From contig JBEGTL010000001.1 of the NCBI GenBank assembly GCA_041179425.1, forward strand, positions 1-62,544: 62,544 nt of DNA, in the 5' to 3' direction. Of the stretch, positions 24,901-33,261 are shown piece after piece. The translations under genes and the position numbers were made by a program. The notes beneath the pieces were generated by a model. It was not told where the DNA came from, searched no databases, and saw only the letters and a list, made by a program, of their open reading frames with translations. Position 1 is the first letter of the stretch, and each line of letters starts with the position of its first letter. Origin of the DNA: Pseudomonadota bacterium. GTDB lineage: Bacteria > Myxococcota_A > Polyangia > Polyangiales > DASUME01.

Positions 24901-25901
24901 TGCAGAACGCGCTGGTCGCCGACCAGTCGCTACAGGCGCGGCCCGAGGCCGACGGCAGCCCGGGCCTTGGACCGCGCAGCGAGCGCAGCGCCTACCGCCT
25001 GCAGCGCGCCCTGGAGACGCACCGTCGATTTCTCAAGAACTACTTCGCCGTCATGCTGGACAGCACGCTGCCCGAGCTGTGGACGCTCTCCTCCGGTCTG
25101 TTCTTTCCGGACGAGCCGAGAGACGCCATGTCGACCTACCTGACGACCCTGCGCGCGACGGAGCCAGCCGTGCGCACCGAGGCGCTCGCGCAGCACGCGT
25201 TCGACCAGTTCGAGAGCTGGCACGAAGCGGGGGGACTGCACAGTCTGGTCGAGTCCTTCGAGGCGGCCGACGTCTGGTTCTTGCACGCGCTCAAGGCCGC
25301 ACTCGTGGCGGCGGTGCGCGAGTTCGAGCGGCACGGCCCGCGCGTGCGCACGCGTGGCGCCGCGCGGGTGCGCCGGACATGTCAGCGCATGGCGGGCATC
25401 GTTCGTCAGTACTACGCAAGGTCCACGCGCGAGGCGCAGCGTGTGGTCCGCATCCATCCGCTCACGAGCAGAGAGAGCGAGCAACGCAGCAGCCAGCCCC
25501 CACCCGTCAACACGCGGCTGCACACGGGCACGCACTGGATCTTCGAAGAAGACGGAGCGCAGAAGCTGGCCGTGTTGCGGCGCACGCCGGTCGTAGCCGG
25601 CTCGCTGCTGGCGCTGTCGGACGAGAACGAGAACGTGCTGCGCTGCCTCTTGCCGCGGCATCGCGAGTTTGGTCTGGTCGTGGACATGCGACAGGCGCGT
25701 ATGCGCAACGACAGTGGTTTCGAAGACGCCATGGCGCGCTTGCGCCGCGAGCTGACCACACACTTTCAGCGCGCGGCAGTCTTGCTCGAGAGCACCATCG
25801 GCGAGCTGCAGGTGAGCCGCATCGAGCGCGACGAGCGGCGCGACGCCATCGCCACGCGCAGCGAGAGCACGGCGTTCAAGTTTGCCCGCGGCGGCGCCTG
25901 A
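21912..25901 (+). CDS. multidomain redox protein: IDO-like heme dioxygenase + CysJ/CPR-type FAD/NADPH reductase + cytochrome b5 + unassigned C-terminal region
   Basis: One open frame of 1329 aa from ATG 21912 (a TTG at 21870 is also possible). IDO motifs are VYNWKLRDP, GPSGTSSPLFNTLDLFFG and GRHRMKVYGY. Reductase motifs are RFRVYSVSS, PIVMFAGGSGIAPFRAF and FYVCGRSG. The b5 motif is YDLTEFIELHPGG. Confidence 0.85.
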   Translation: MVHTRVEDSLSADGAAVTAKLRHDEEHRRFLSVPRAAAELALRRLERNNLRAGHENAGFLSAGRGYLPATNPLTRLDPRYAAWDELAAELPALYRSLKLRKRVEQLPILEASADCLEARYAMRACSLLAIVSHAYWYVDSRPPRGALPEALRRPWAQLRKRLGRTQEVINYIDLIVYNWKLRDPTLQNPLVVENLELLFPTVGNQEERVFYMTQLEILARTSPVVRQVAAAQGAVLRQDDAALEIALLDIIDCLGRVVATSLPKINPNPYADNHVDPVVWAKTVAPFAVPIHAGDQGPSGTSSPLFNTLDLFFGRKDYASFLGREIKQLRAHYPRSWQVYLSSLTELSVASYIEERGSRTLRSAFREAFELYAGESGFLGRHRMKVYGYLELAFKVGRSVTIGGFGGVFTDRTWDLVDRELAASQNERLRSLPHFVQCARVVASKESDAGSGIRRITLDVEKAGVRYRPGDRCLILPENEPALIEQTLRSLGLAGEQPIALTPEWKAYAKDRLELDGKTQICARELLRYGAIRPVSPRLAEALHARTQSEFLFDAIGRGSTERWELWELLDLLSARGLAPTTLWQGTDTNGEQPSELLSRLIPPQRFRVYSVSSAPKSPLRRGEDTIELTVGQLAYEAKPSELDAVRARADADTAPTVLRRGTGSSFLARAERLGSAVVFRIQHPDVFRLPEDPETPIVMFAGGSGIAPFRAFLQERARNARRTRACLFVSVRAPEDFLYGDELERAVGSGTLSLTVAFTRKGGALVRDRAGRLEVRPAEPQRLEDLMLAPATAAELWQLAKTKAEGGSGAVFYVCGRSGFADTVLATLKRIFRDQLASVPGADLATATERAAQRVYQMVGDRRLLSEVHTDARPLDEQPRLFDVSEIARHNDAQHGYWIVVDRVVYDLTEFIELHPGGRRVVQAYAGMDASHGFARAHHGRADVDAMRESYRIGMVRTLRFDDLVVRVLAPSGAVPVDAAVAYRTFVKALTLVVEMQNALVADQSLQARPEADGSPGLGPRSERSAYRLQRALETHRRFLKNYFAVMLDSTLPELWTLSSGLFFPDEPRDAMSTYLTTLRATEPAVRTEALAQHAFDQFESWHEAGGLHSLVESFEAADVWFLHALKAALVAAVREFERHGPRVRTRGAARVRRTCQRMAGIVRQYYARSTREAQRVVRIHPLTSRESEQRSSQPPPVNTRLHTGTHWIFEEDGAQKLAVLRRTPVVAGSLLALSDENENVLRCLLPRHREFGLVVDMRQARMRNDSGFEDAMARLRRELTTHFQRAAVLLESTIGELQVSRIERDERRDAIATRSESTAFKFARGGA

Positions 25902-25904
25902 GCC

Positions 25905-26504
25905 TCACACCCACGAACAACGAAACACGCAGCGTTGCTCGTACTGCACGCTGGGTAGCACACGAACTTTGACGTTTTTGCCGGCGCCCAGCTTGATGGC
26001 CGACGCGAGGACGCCGCAAAAAGCGGTGCGAAAGTAGCCAAACTGGGCGAGCGGCAGCAGACACGCCACGGCGCGTGCCTCGTTGGGTCCGGTGCGTGTG
26101 AGGCTCACGCCGCCGCCCGTCATCAGGCGATCCCACAGGCGCTGAAACTGCGCGAGCGGCACCCAAGGTGTCAGGCCAAGGACGCGTGCACGGCGCACGA
26201 TCATCGCCACGAACGTGCCCTGGATGTACTCCCCCACGCCCTCCCCAATCTCGAGCAGCTCGTCGTGTCCGAGACCGAGCGCGTCGCACGCGGTGTAGTG
26301 CGCGAGCGCGAGATCCATGTCGAGCCACTCGGCCGCGATGGTCTCGAGGATGCGCGCGCGGTACGCCGGCGCGACCAGGGTCAGGTAGCGGTCGTAGTGA
26401 CCATGCTTGCGGATGCTCTCCAGCGAAGACTGGATCAGCGTACTGCGCACAGCCGTCACCGGACGCAGGACTTCGGGAAGTGCGATCAGAACCTCGACGC
26501 TCAC
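25905..26504 (-). CDS. hypothetical protein, possibly of the myxococcal DUF2378 (TIGR02265) paralogous family
   Basis: 199-aa ORF with GTG start, clean coding composition and very G/C-rich wobble. The family assignment is from memory only. Confidence 0.6.
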   Translation of the reverse strand: MSVEVLIALPEVLRPVTAVRSTLIQSSLESIRKHGHYDRYLTLVAPAYRARILETIAAEWLDMDLALAHYTACDALGLGHDELLEIGEGVGEYIQGTFVAMIVRRARVLGLTPWVPLAQFQRLWDRLMTGGGVSLTRTGPNEARAVACLLPLAQFGYFRTAFCGVLASAIKLGAGKNVKVRVLPSVQYEQRCVFRCSWV

Positions 26505-26586
26505 TCCGCTACGATAGTCGCGGCGTGGGCGCGGAGCAGATTTTCATGCGGACGGTGCCACGAGAGGTCTGCAGTGGATGCAGACC

Positions 26587-28395
26587 TTACCCTCGTACTG
26601 CACGGATGATCGTCTGTGCCTGAGGGTCGGTGATGCCCAGTTTTCGCCACCCCTCGGCCTCTTCGTGCGTGGGCTCCGGATGTCCACGCGTCGACACGCG
26701 AGCAAAGACATCGGACAGCATGGCGACACGTACAGGGCGCGACTCGGCGTGCTTTTCGTCGTGATGAAGCGCGCACGCCTGGACGATGTCCGAGTGCAAG
26801 TTCCACTTCTCGGCTAGCTGCGCTCCGGCGTGCGCGTGGTAACGCTCGACCAACTCGGCGATCACCTGCAGACCGGCCGTGGGCACGGGAAGGCCGGCCA
26901 AGATGCGCAGCACACGCGCTTCGCCAAGGTTGTGCAACAGACCGCAAAGGTAAGCCGGCTCGTAGTTCCAGCGCATCTCCTGACAGACTGCGAGCGCGCA
27001 GCGGGCAGCGAGCTGGGCGAGCTCGGAGTGGCGATCGAGCAGCTCGTTGTACTTGGGTAGGGCTACCGAGTGGGCGATGTTGGCGAGGATCTCGCGGCCC
27101 TGACCAATGCCCATACGCATCAGCGCGTCGCGCGTGGAGGCGATGCGAAAGCCGCGGTAATACGCGGGTGAGTTTGCCACCGCGAGGAAGCGCGCCGCCG
27201 TGTACGGGTCTTTCTCGAGCAGCCGTGCCAGCTTGGTGAGGTTGACGTTGGGGCTGTTGGCCATGCGCAGCGCGGCCATGGCGACCGCCGGGATGACGGG
27301 CAGCGCCGACGTCCCTTCGTTGAGCTGCTTGACGAGCTCGGCCTCGAGCGCCGTCGCATCGCCGCGGTCGGGCCGCTTGTGCGTGCCGGTGAGCGTGCTG
27401 CGTGAGATGGCGTGCGCGATGGTGGCGGACTTCTCGTCCTCGAAGCTGCGGCGGATCGGCGTGGCCATGACCACGCGGTTGCGACCTCTGTGTTTGGCTT
27501 GGTACAGCGCGCTGTCCGCGCGCTTGAGCAACGCAGTCAGCGAGCTGTCGGGCACGGCCGGGTTGAACACCGCCACGCCGATGCTCGCCGTCACGCGCTC
27601 CGGGTGGTTCTCTTTGGGGAAGGGGATGTTCTCGATCCACTCGCGATGACGCTCGGCGATCTTCGGCGCAAAGTCGTTGTCGCAGCCGGACAGACAGACC
27701 ACGAACTCTTCGCCGCCGTAGCGACCCGCGATGTCGTTGCTACGAATGGTCTTGCGCAGGTGCCCGCCCAGGGCGCGCAGCACGTTGTCGCCCACGTCGT
27801 GCCCGTACTTGTCGTTGATCGACTTGAAGTGATCGAGGTCGACGAACATCACCGCGAAGGGCGCGTTGAGGTTGAGCTGCGACAGCAGCGCCTCTTCGAG
27901 TGCGCCGCGATTGAGGACCTGCGTGAGCGGGTCGACCGTGGCCTTGACGCGCAGCTTGTCCCGCTCCGAGCGCAGGGTGCGCAGCGAGTCGCGGTTGCGC
28001 CGATTGCGCAGCTGCACGGCAAAGCGGGCCTGCAGCTCACCGGCGCCGATGGATGCGCGCACCACGTCGTCGGCGCCCGCCAGGAGGCCGCGCTCGATGG
28101 CGTCTTCCTGACTGTCCGCTGCGATCAGCAGCACGGGCAGCTCGTGCGCCGGGTCCACCAAGCGTAGGTCGGCGCACACCTCGAAGCCCCAGGTCTCGCC
28201 GTCGCCGACGAGCAACAGCAACAGGTCCGGGGCGTGTTGTTCGAGGGTCAACGAGACGTTGGCCGGCCACTGCGCGAACAGGGCCACACAGCCCACGCGC
28301 TCCGCGACCTGCTGGAGCACCGCGATGGCGTCACCATCCGTGCCCACGATCAGGATCCGCGCCGGCTCGTCTTTCGCTTGCTCCAACTCCACCAT
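26587..28395 (-). CDS. receiver-like domain / GGDEF diguanylate cyclase / HDOD domain protein
   Basis: ATG at 28395 (MVELEQAKDEPARILIVG). GGDEF core with I-site reads RSNDIAGRYGGEEF. The C-terminal HDOD-like region reads LPVIPAVAMAALRMANSP...GLLHNLGEARVL. The acidic pocket of the receiver looks atypical. Confidence 0.85.
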   Translation of the reverse strand: MVELEQAKDEPARILIVGTDGDAIAVLQQVAERVGCVALFAQWPANVSLTLEQHAPDLLLLLVGDGETWGFEVCADLRLVDPAHELPVLLIAADSQEDAIERGLLAGADDVVRASIGAGELQARFAVQLRNRRNRDSLRTLRSERDKLRVKATVDPLTQVLNRGALEEALLSQLNLNAPFAVMFVDLDHFKSINDKYGHDVGDNVLRALGGHLRKTIRSNDIAGRYGGEEFVVCLSGCDNDFAPKIAERHREWIENIPFPKENHPERVTASIGVAVFNPAVPDSSLTALLKRADSALYQAKHRGRNRVVMATPIRRSFEDEKSATIAHAISRSTLTGTHKRPDRGDATALEAELVKQLNEGTSALPVIPAVAMAALRMANSPNVNLTKLARLLEKDPYTAARFLAVANSPAYYRGFRIASTRDALMRMGIGQGREILANIAHSVALPKYNELLDRHSELAQLAARCALAVCQEMRWNYEPAYLCGLLHNLGEARVLRILAGLPVPTAGLQVIAELVERYHAHAGAQLAEKWNLHSDIVQACALHHDEKHAESRPVRVAMLSDVFARVSTRGHPEPTHEEAEGWRKLGITDPQAQTIIRAVRG

Positions 28396-28771
28396 GCCCG
28401 AGCCGTCGACGTGCGCGTGCACCGCAAACGACCGCGTGCGTGCGAGCGAAAAGTCGAGCGCCGCCGACGACCTCCGTTCGATCTTATCGACGGAGCGCGG
28501 TGTCTCGCAAGCGTGCCCACGGGACGACGCGAAGGCGCTGCCCACACTGAATGCGTCGCCCCACGATCAGCGCGGCGTGGGGCCTTTTGGCGAGTCCCCG
28601 TCCGGCGCTGCCATCGCGCCACGCACGGTTCATTGGGCGGGCTCCGCACCGGCGCCGACGACGCGCACAGCGCGCGCCAAGATCGCGGCACAAAACACGT
28701 CGCCCCATGCGCTCGCGCACGCTCTTCGTGTTCGCGCCGAGGCTGGCGCAGACGATGCAACCACCCGCGTC

Positions 28772-29071
28772 ATGGCGACTCCACGCACGACCCGCGCCTC
28801 CTCCGGCGCCCCCTCCAAGAGCACGCGCGCCCCGCGCTATCAAGACATCGCGGCGCTCCGCTCGCAGCTCCCGCGCTACTGGTGGGCCGAGGTCAGTCGG
28901 GTGCGCGCGTTGATCGATGCCGACGTGGAGACAGGCGGACGCGCTGCGCAGCTCTTCGAGTTCGTGGCCGAGGCGTTGGCCGACGAAGGCGAGCTGCAGC
29001 ACGCCGTCGCGTTGTGCGCCGCCTCGCGCAGGCTCTCCGCGATCGCCAACGCGCAGTCCGCCGCGATCTGA
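28772..29071 (+). CDS. small hypothetical protein
   Basis: ATG at 28772, 99 aa. The last ~75 codons have very G/C-rich wobble (YQDIAALRSQLPRYWWAEVSRVRALIDADVE...). The antisense ORF 28876..29187 looks like its shadow. Confidence 0.4.
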   Translation: MATPRTTRASSGAPSKSTRAPRYQDIAALRSQLPRYWWAEVSRVRALIDADVETGGRAAQLFEFVAEALADEGELQHAVALCAASRRLSAIANAQSAAI

Positions 29072-29193
29072 GCATCGTCCGACCCTCGTTGAGAGCGCAA
29101 GCTGGCTTGTCGCTCGCGCACGAGTTCGCCTAGGCGTCTGAGCTCGGTCTGTGCCACGCCAATCGGACTGTCTGTACAGGCCGACACGTGGGC

Positions 29194-30600
29194 TCAGCGC
29201 TCGCCTGACGACGAGAGTGCGGGCATGGAGCTCGGCAGGGTGCCTCTGCGGCCACACGCCCGACGCAGCGCCGAGAGAGCGACGCTCACGATGATACCGG
29301 GTCGCAGCAGCGTGTACGGCGATGCGACCAGCTGGAACACTGGACCGAGCGCTCGCTTGAGCTTGGGACTGTCGTGCGCCGCGCGCACCACGGCGACGCT
29401 CAGACCAAACAAGAACGCGTAGCCCGCCGGGCGAACCCCTTCGGTCTCCGGCCACTCGAGATCCATGCCGGTCGACATGTCCCAGGCGTTGCGGAGCTGA
29501 TGCCACTGCTGCTGATGAAACTTCCTGGTCAGCGCATAGGGGTCGAGCTTGGCGCCGCGAGCGCAGACCTCGCCGAGGATCGTGGCCGCGAGCGCAGCCA
29601 TGCTCATGCCTTGGCCATGGTAGGCGTTGAACGCGATGGCGCCGTCGCCGAGCGCGACGAAGCCGCCCACCTCCGCCGTCCAGCGCTCGAAGTGCCGGGC
29701 CCGGTTGTAGAGCGCCCGGTGGGTGTGGATGGACGAGACCGGCGTTGCATCCGCGATCACACGCGCGAGTACGGGCGAGCGAAGGCTACCGAGAAATGTC
29801 TGAAAGCCTTCTTCGTCGCCGGGCGGGTAGTCACGATTGAGCCCGCCGAGCGTGAGGACGTGGCGGCCGTCCTCGACCGGCATTAGCAATGCCCAGCGCT
29901 TTTGGTCGGGCGCTTTGGGGTCGATTAGCATTCCACGCCACCAGCGCGTGTCGTCTGGAGCTAACTCGTAGAAGCGGGATGCATAGCCCGCAAACGCATC
30001 GACGACCTCAGTGTCTGGCCGCGCCACGCCATGTGCCGCCAGCCAATCTAGACACTTACTATTACGACCGCTGGCGTCGATGACCAGATCGGCGAATAGC
30101 TCTGGCGACTCCACACGGTCGGTCGTGACGCCTGTCACCTTTACGCGCGTGCCCTCGTGGCTCGTCAGCAATCCAGTGACGCGCGTGTCCTCGAGCAATG
30201 AAAGATTGTTCAGATCGTGTCGCAGCCGCGCGCGTATGACACTCTCGAGTCCGATTCTCGACATGGTCAGCGGTTCGACTTGGATCGCCGCGCGTGGTGC
30301 CCAACCCCAGTCCGTATAGTGGGCGAACTCGCTTCCGAGATCCATGCGGTGCGCTCCTGCCGCGACGAGCTCTCGTTCGATGCCAGGAAACAGCGTCTCC
30401 AGCTCGAGCAGACCGCGGAGCAGCAACGCGTGCACATGCTGGCTCTGCGGTACGCCCGTGCGATGTGCGGGGCCGGTGGGAAGGAGATCGCGCTCGATCA
30501 GCGTGACTTGCTGAAAATGTCGGCTCAGCGCGCGTGCCGCGCACAAGCCAGCGATGCTGCCGCCGATCACGACCGCATGCGAGCGATGTTTCAGTTCCAT
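29194..30600 (-). CDS. FAD-dependent oxidoreductase/monooxygenase (paralogue A)
   Basis: ATG at 30600 (MELKHRSHAVVIGGSIAGLCAARAL is a GxGxxG motif). VIDASGRNS and ALGDGAIAFNAYHGQGMS are also present. It aligns by eye along its length with the gene at 37936..39420. Confidence 0.8.
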   Translation of the reverse strand: MELKHRSHAVVIGGSIAGLCAARALSRHFQQVTLIERDLLPTGPAHRTGVPQSQHVHALLLRGLLELETLFPGIERELVAAGAHRMDLGSEFAHYTDWGWAPRAAIQVEPLTMSRIGLESVIRARLRHDLNNLSLLEDTRVTGLLTSHEGTRVKVTGVTTDRVESPELFADLVIDASGRNSKCLDWLAAHGVARPDTEVVDAFAGYASRFYELAPDDTRWWRGMLIDPKAPDQKRWALLMPVEDGRHVLTLGGLNRDYPPGDEEGFQTFLGSLRSPVLARVIADATPVSSIHTHRALYNRARHFERWTAEVGGFVALGDGAIAFNAYHGQGMSMAALAATILGEVCARGAKLDPYALTRKFHQQQWHQLRNAWDMSTGMDLEWPETEGVRPAGYAFLFGLSVAVVRAAHDSPKLKRALGPVFQLVASPYTLLRPGIIVSVALSALRRACGRRGTLPSSMPALSSSGER

Positions 30601-30627
30601 TGGTGCGCCCACGGTGAAGAGTTTATC

Positions 30628-30655
30628 GATAGTCACTGCCTCCGCTGGATAGTCA
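30628..30655. repeat. direct repeat GATAGTCA-N12-GATAGTCA in a divergent promoter region
   Basis: Exact 8-mers at 30628-30635 and 30648-30655, 20 bp centre to centre. They lie 28-55 bp upstream of the FAD oxidoreductase ATG in a locally AT-richer spacer. Confidence 0.35.
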
Positions 30656-30931
30656 ATCTCCGTTCGCGTCAACTCCGAGCATTCGGATTCCGATGGACTG
30701 TTGCACGGGTGAATGGGCGTCAAACGAAGCAGCGTTCGCGCCTCGTCGACGCGCTCCGTCAACTGTCTCCACGCGCCACGGGTTTCGGCGATCGGTGAAC
30801 CAGATCATCCGATCGTGGAGACGACTTACTGTCCGCGTGAATTCCTGAACGCGTTTGGCTGACAAACTACCTGGGGAAGGCTGACCGAATTGACACGCTC
30901 AGACGAAACGTGAGAGCACAGCCACACCCCC

Positions 30932-31651
30932 GTGCACAACGAGACGAACATCGAGCCCACCGTCCATCAGGCAAGTCAGTCTTCCGCCATCAAAGCGCGA
31001 CGCAACGACTTCGACCTCGTGGCCCCCATCTACGATGCCCTCGCGAGCTTTGTGTTCGCCGGCGCCATTCGGAGAGCACAGCTCTCGCTGCTCCCGCGCC
31101 TATCAGATGCCAGAAGCGCGCTGATAATCGGCGGAGGCACTGGCTGGTTTCTGCTCGAACTCCTACAGAACCTGGGCGTTCAGCACGTGCTCTACGTCGA
31201 GAAGTCACCCAAAATGATCCGCTACTCACAAGACCTGATCAGAAAGCACGCTCCGGCGTTGTTCGGTCGTGTCGAGTTCAGGCTGGGCACCGAAGAGTCC
31301 CTCACGGCGAGTGACGGTCCGTTCGACCTGGTCGTCACCAACTTTTTCCTCGACCTCTTCTCGGACGAGAACAGCGCTGAGGTGGCCGAGGTACTTCACA
31401 AGTACTTGGCCGACACCGGGCGCTGGTTGTTCGTCGACTTCCAAGAGCCGCCTGGTGTGCTGGCCAACTCCGCCGCCCGCGCCCTGTTCAAGGTCATGTT
31501 CACGTTCTTCAACGTGGTGGCCCGCATGGAGTCCCGTCGTCCGCCCAACTACGAGCGGATCTTCGGTCGGCTCGGCATGAACGTGCTCGAAGAGCGCCAC
31601 TTCTATGCCTCGTTCATCTCTGCTCAGCTGCTGACGAAGACCCCGCGTTAG
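30932..31651 (+). CDS. class I SAM-dependent methyltransferase (paralogue 1)
   Basis: Motif I is ALIIGGGTGWFLLEL. PFDLVVTNFFLDLF and GRWLFVDF are also present. By eye it is roughly half identical to the gene at 33262..33942. GTG start is uncertain. Confidence 0.8.
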   Translation: MHNETNIEPTVHQASQSSAIKARRNDFDLVAPIYDALASFVFAGAIRRAQLSLLPRLSDARSALIIGGGTGWFLLELLQNLGVQHVLYVEKSPKMIRYSQDLIRKHAPALFGRVEFRLGTEESLTASDGPFDLVVTNFFLDLFSDENSAEVAEVLHKYLADTGRWLFVDFQEPPGVLANSAARALFKVMFTFFNVVARMESRRPPNYERIFGRLGMNVLEERHFYASFISAQLLTKTPR

Positions 31652-31743
31652 CTAGCTGACGTCTCTGCTCTGTCCCCCGTCTCTGTTTCCTAGGCAAGCT
31701 CCGATCCGCCCCCGCGGGTCGAGCCCCGACCCCTCGGATAGAC

Positions 31744-33228
31744 ATGTCGATCTCCACTGCGCTGCAGATGCTTCGAAGTCATGGGCGCGCTGCCGCCTCC
31801 TTTCAGATCCTCACGTCCGACCTGAACTACTGGTTCGCGGGTCAGGCCTGCGTGGCCTATGCGGACGTAGGGGGCGCCTGGGTCGCGCTGGGAGGCCCGG
31901 TCGGGCCCAAGGAGAGAGAAGCCGAGACCACGCGTCTGTTCGTCGAGGAGGCCCGCCGCCGGGGCAAACGAGTCCGCTTCTTTGCCTTCGAGAGCGAGGT
32001 CCCCGCGGGTGCGGGCCTGACGGCGCTGCACATCGGCGAACAGCCCGTGTGGAATCCGGCAGACTGGCCGCACTCCCTGCCCACCAAGATGCGTGGGCAG
32101 CTGCGTCGCGACCTCAAGAAGGCCGTCGTCAGCCTGCGACTCGCGACCCCTGCCGAGATCGAGGACCCCACCAGTCCGACCCGCCGTGGACTCGACGAGG
32201 TCATCTCGCAGTGGCTCGACTCGCGCAAGATGGCGCCCATGGACTTCATGGTGCAGCTGAACCCTTACTATCTCGCGCGGGAGCGCCGCTTCTTCGTGGC
32301 CGAGCTCGAGGGCAAGGTCGTCGCCGCCCTGATCGCGGTGCCTGTGTACGGTCGCAATGGCTGGTTCCTCGAGACGCTGCTGCGCGACCCACGCGCTCCC
32401 AATGGCACGGTCGAGCTTTTGTTCTCGCACGCCATGGAGACGTTTGCGGCCGGCGGCAGCAGCTACGTGACGTTTGGACTCTGTCCGCTGAGCGGCGCGA
32501 GTGACAGCCTCACCAAGCTCATCCGCCGAGGCGCGCGCTCGTTCTACAACTTCGACGGCCTTCGCAAGTTCAAGGGCAAGCTGGGACCTTCGGAGTGGGA
32601 GCCTGTGTACCTCGCCTTTCCCGAGGGCGACAATGCCGTGCTTGCCATGGTCGACTCGCTGCGCGCGTTCTTGGGCGGGGGCTTCGTTCGTTTTGGCCTG
32701 CGCACCATGGTGCAGCGCGCGAGCGCCGTCTCGGCCGTCATCGCGGCGCTGCTGTTGCCGTGGACCGTCCTGCTCGCATTCGCCGATACGGCGCACTGGT
32801 TCCCGTCGCGCGCAGTGCAGCTCGGCTGGGTCGCACTCGACTTGGTTTTGCTCGGCGGCTTCGTCTCCCTGGCGCGAAAGTTCCAAAAGCCGCTCGCCCT
32901 TGCACTCGCTGCCGGCGCCGGTCTCGACTTCGGGCTGAGCTGCTTGCAGTTCGGCTCGCACAACATGGAGCGCGCCCACGGCGTCGACTGGCTGTTCAGC
33001 GCCGTCGGCATCCTTGCGCCCCTGGTCTGCGCGCTGTTTCTCTGGTTCAGCCGAAACCGAAACCAGCTCTACACACCGACCGTCGCCACGCCGACCACAA
33101 CGGTCTCGGTCCGGAGACCGCTGCGCCCAAAGAGGGCAGAAGCGCGTCTCGAGCTCACCGACTCGTCCGTGCAGAAGCGCGTCCGCGCGGTCGCACCCGA
33201 AAGCTTGCCAGAACAGTCCGCTTCTTGA
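31744..33228 (+). CDS. DUF2156 (aminoacyl-phosphatidylglycerol synthase / MprF C-terminal-like) domain protein with C-terminal TM helices
   Basis: WLDSRKMAPMDFMVQLNPYY, GWFLETLLRDPRAPNGTVELL and FYNFDGLRKFKGKLGP resemble the LPG-synthase C domain. The last ~150 aa contain 4 hydrophobic helices. Confidence 0.75.
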   Translation: MSISTALQMLRSHGRAAASFQILTSDLNYWFAGQACVAYADVGGAWVALGGPVGPKEREAETTRLFVEEARRRGKRVRFFAFESEVPAGAGLTALHIGEQPVWNPADWPHSLPTKMRGQLRRDLKKAVVSLRLATPAEIEDPTSPTRRGLDEVISQWLDSRKMAPMDFMVQLNPYYLARERRFFVAELEGKVVAALIAVPVYGRNGWFLETLLRDPRAPNGTVELLFSHAMETFAAGGSSYVTFGLCPLSGASDSLTKLIRRGARSFYNFDGLRKFKGKLGPSEWEPVYLAFPEGDNAVLAMVDSLRAFLGGGFVRFGLRTMVQRASAVSAVIAALLLPWTVLLAFADTAHWFPSRAVQLGWVALDLVLLGGFVSLARKFQKPLALALAAGAGLDFGLSCLQFGSHNMERAHGVDWLFSAVGILAPLVCALFLWFSRNRNQLYTPTVATPTTTVSVRRPLRPKRAEARLELTDSSVQKRVRAVAPESLPEQSAS

Positions 33229-33261
33229 CCACCCCAGCGAAGACGGAGAAAGGCGCCTGCC

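Noticed and set aside
28484-29506. 340-aa - strand ORF, and the + strand ORFs 28234..29133 and 28259..28771
   Set aside because: Their composition is Arg/Ala/Gly junk. Only the last 99 codons of the 28259 frame (from ATG 28772) show coding-like wobble bias.
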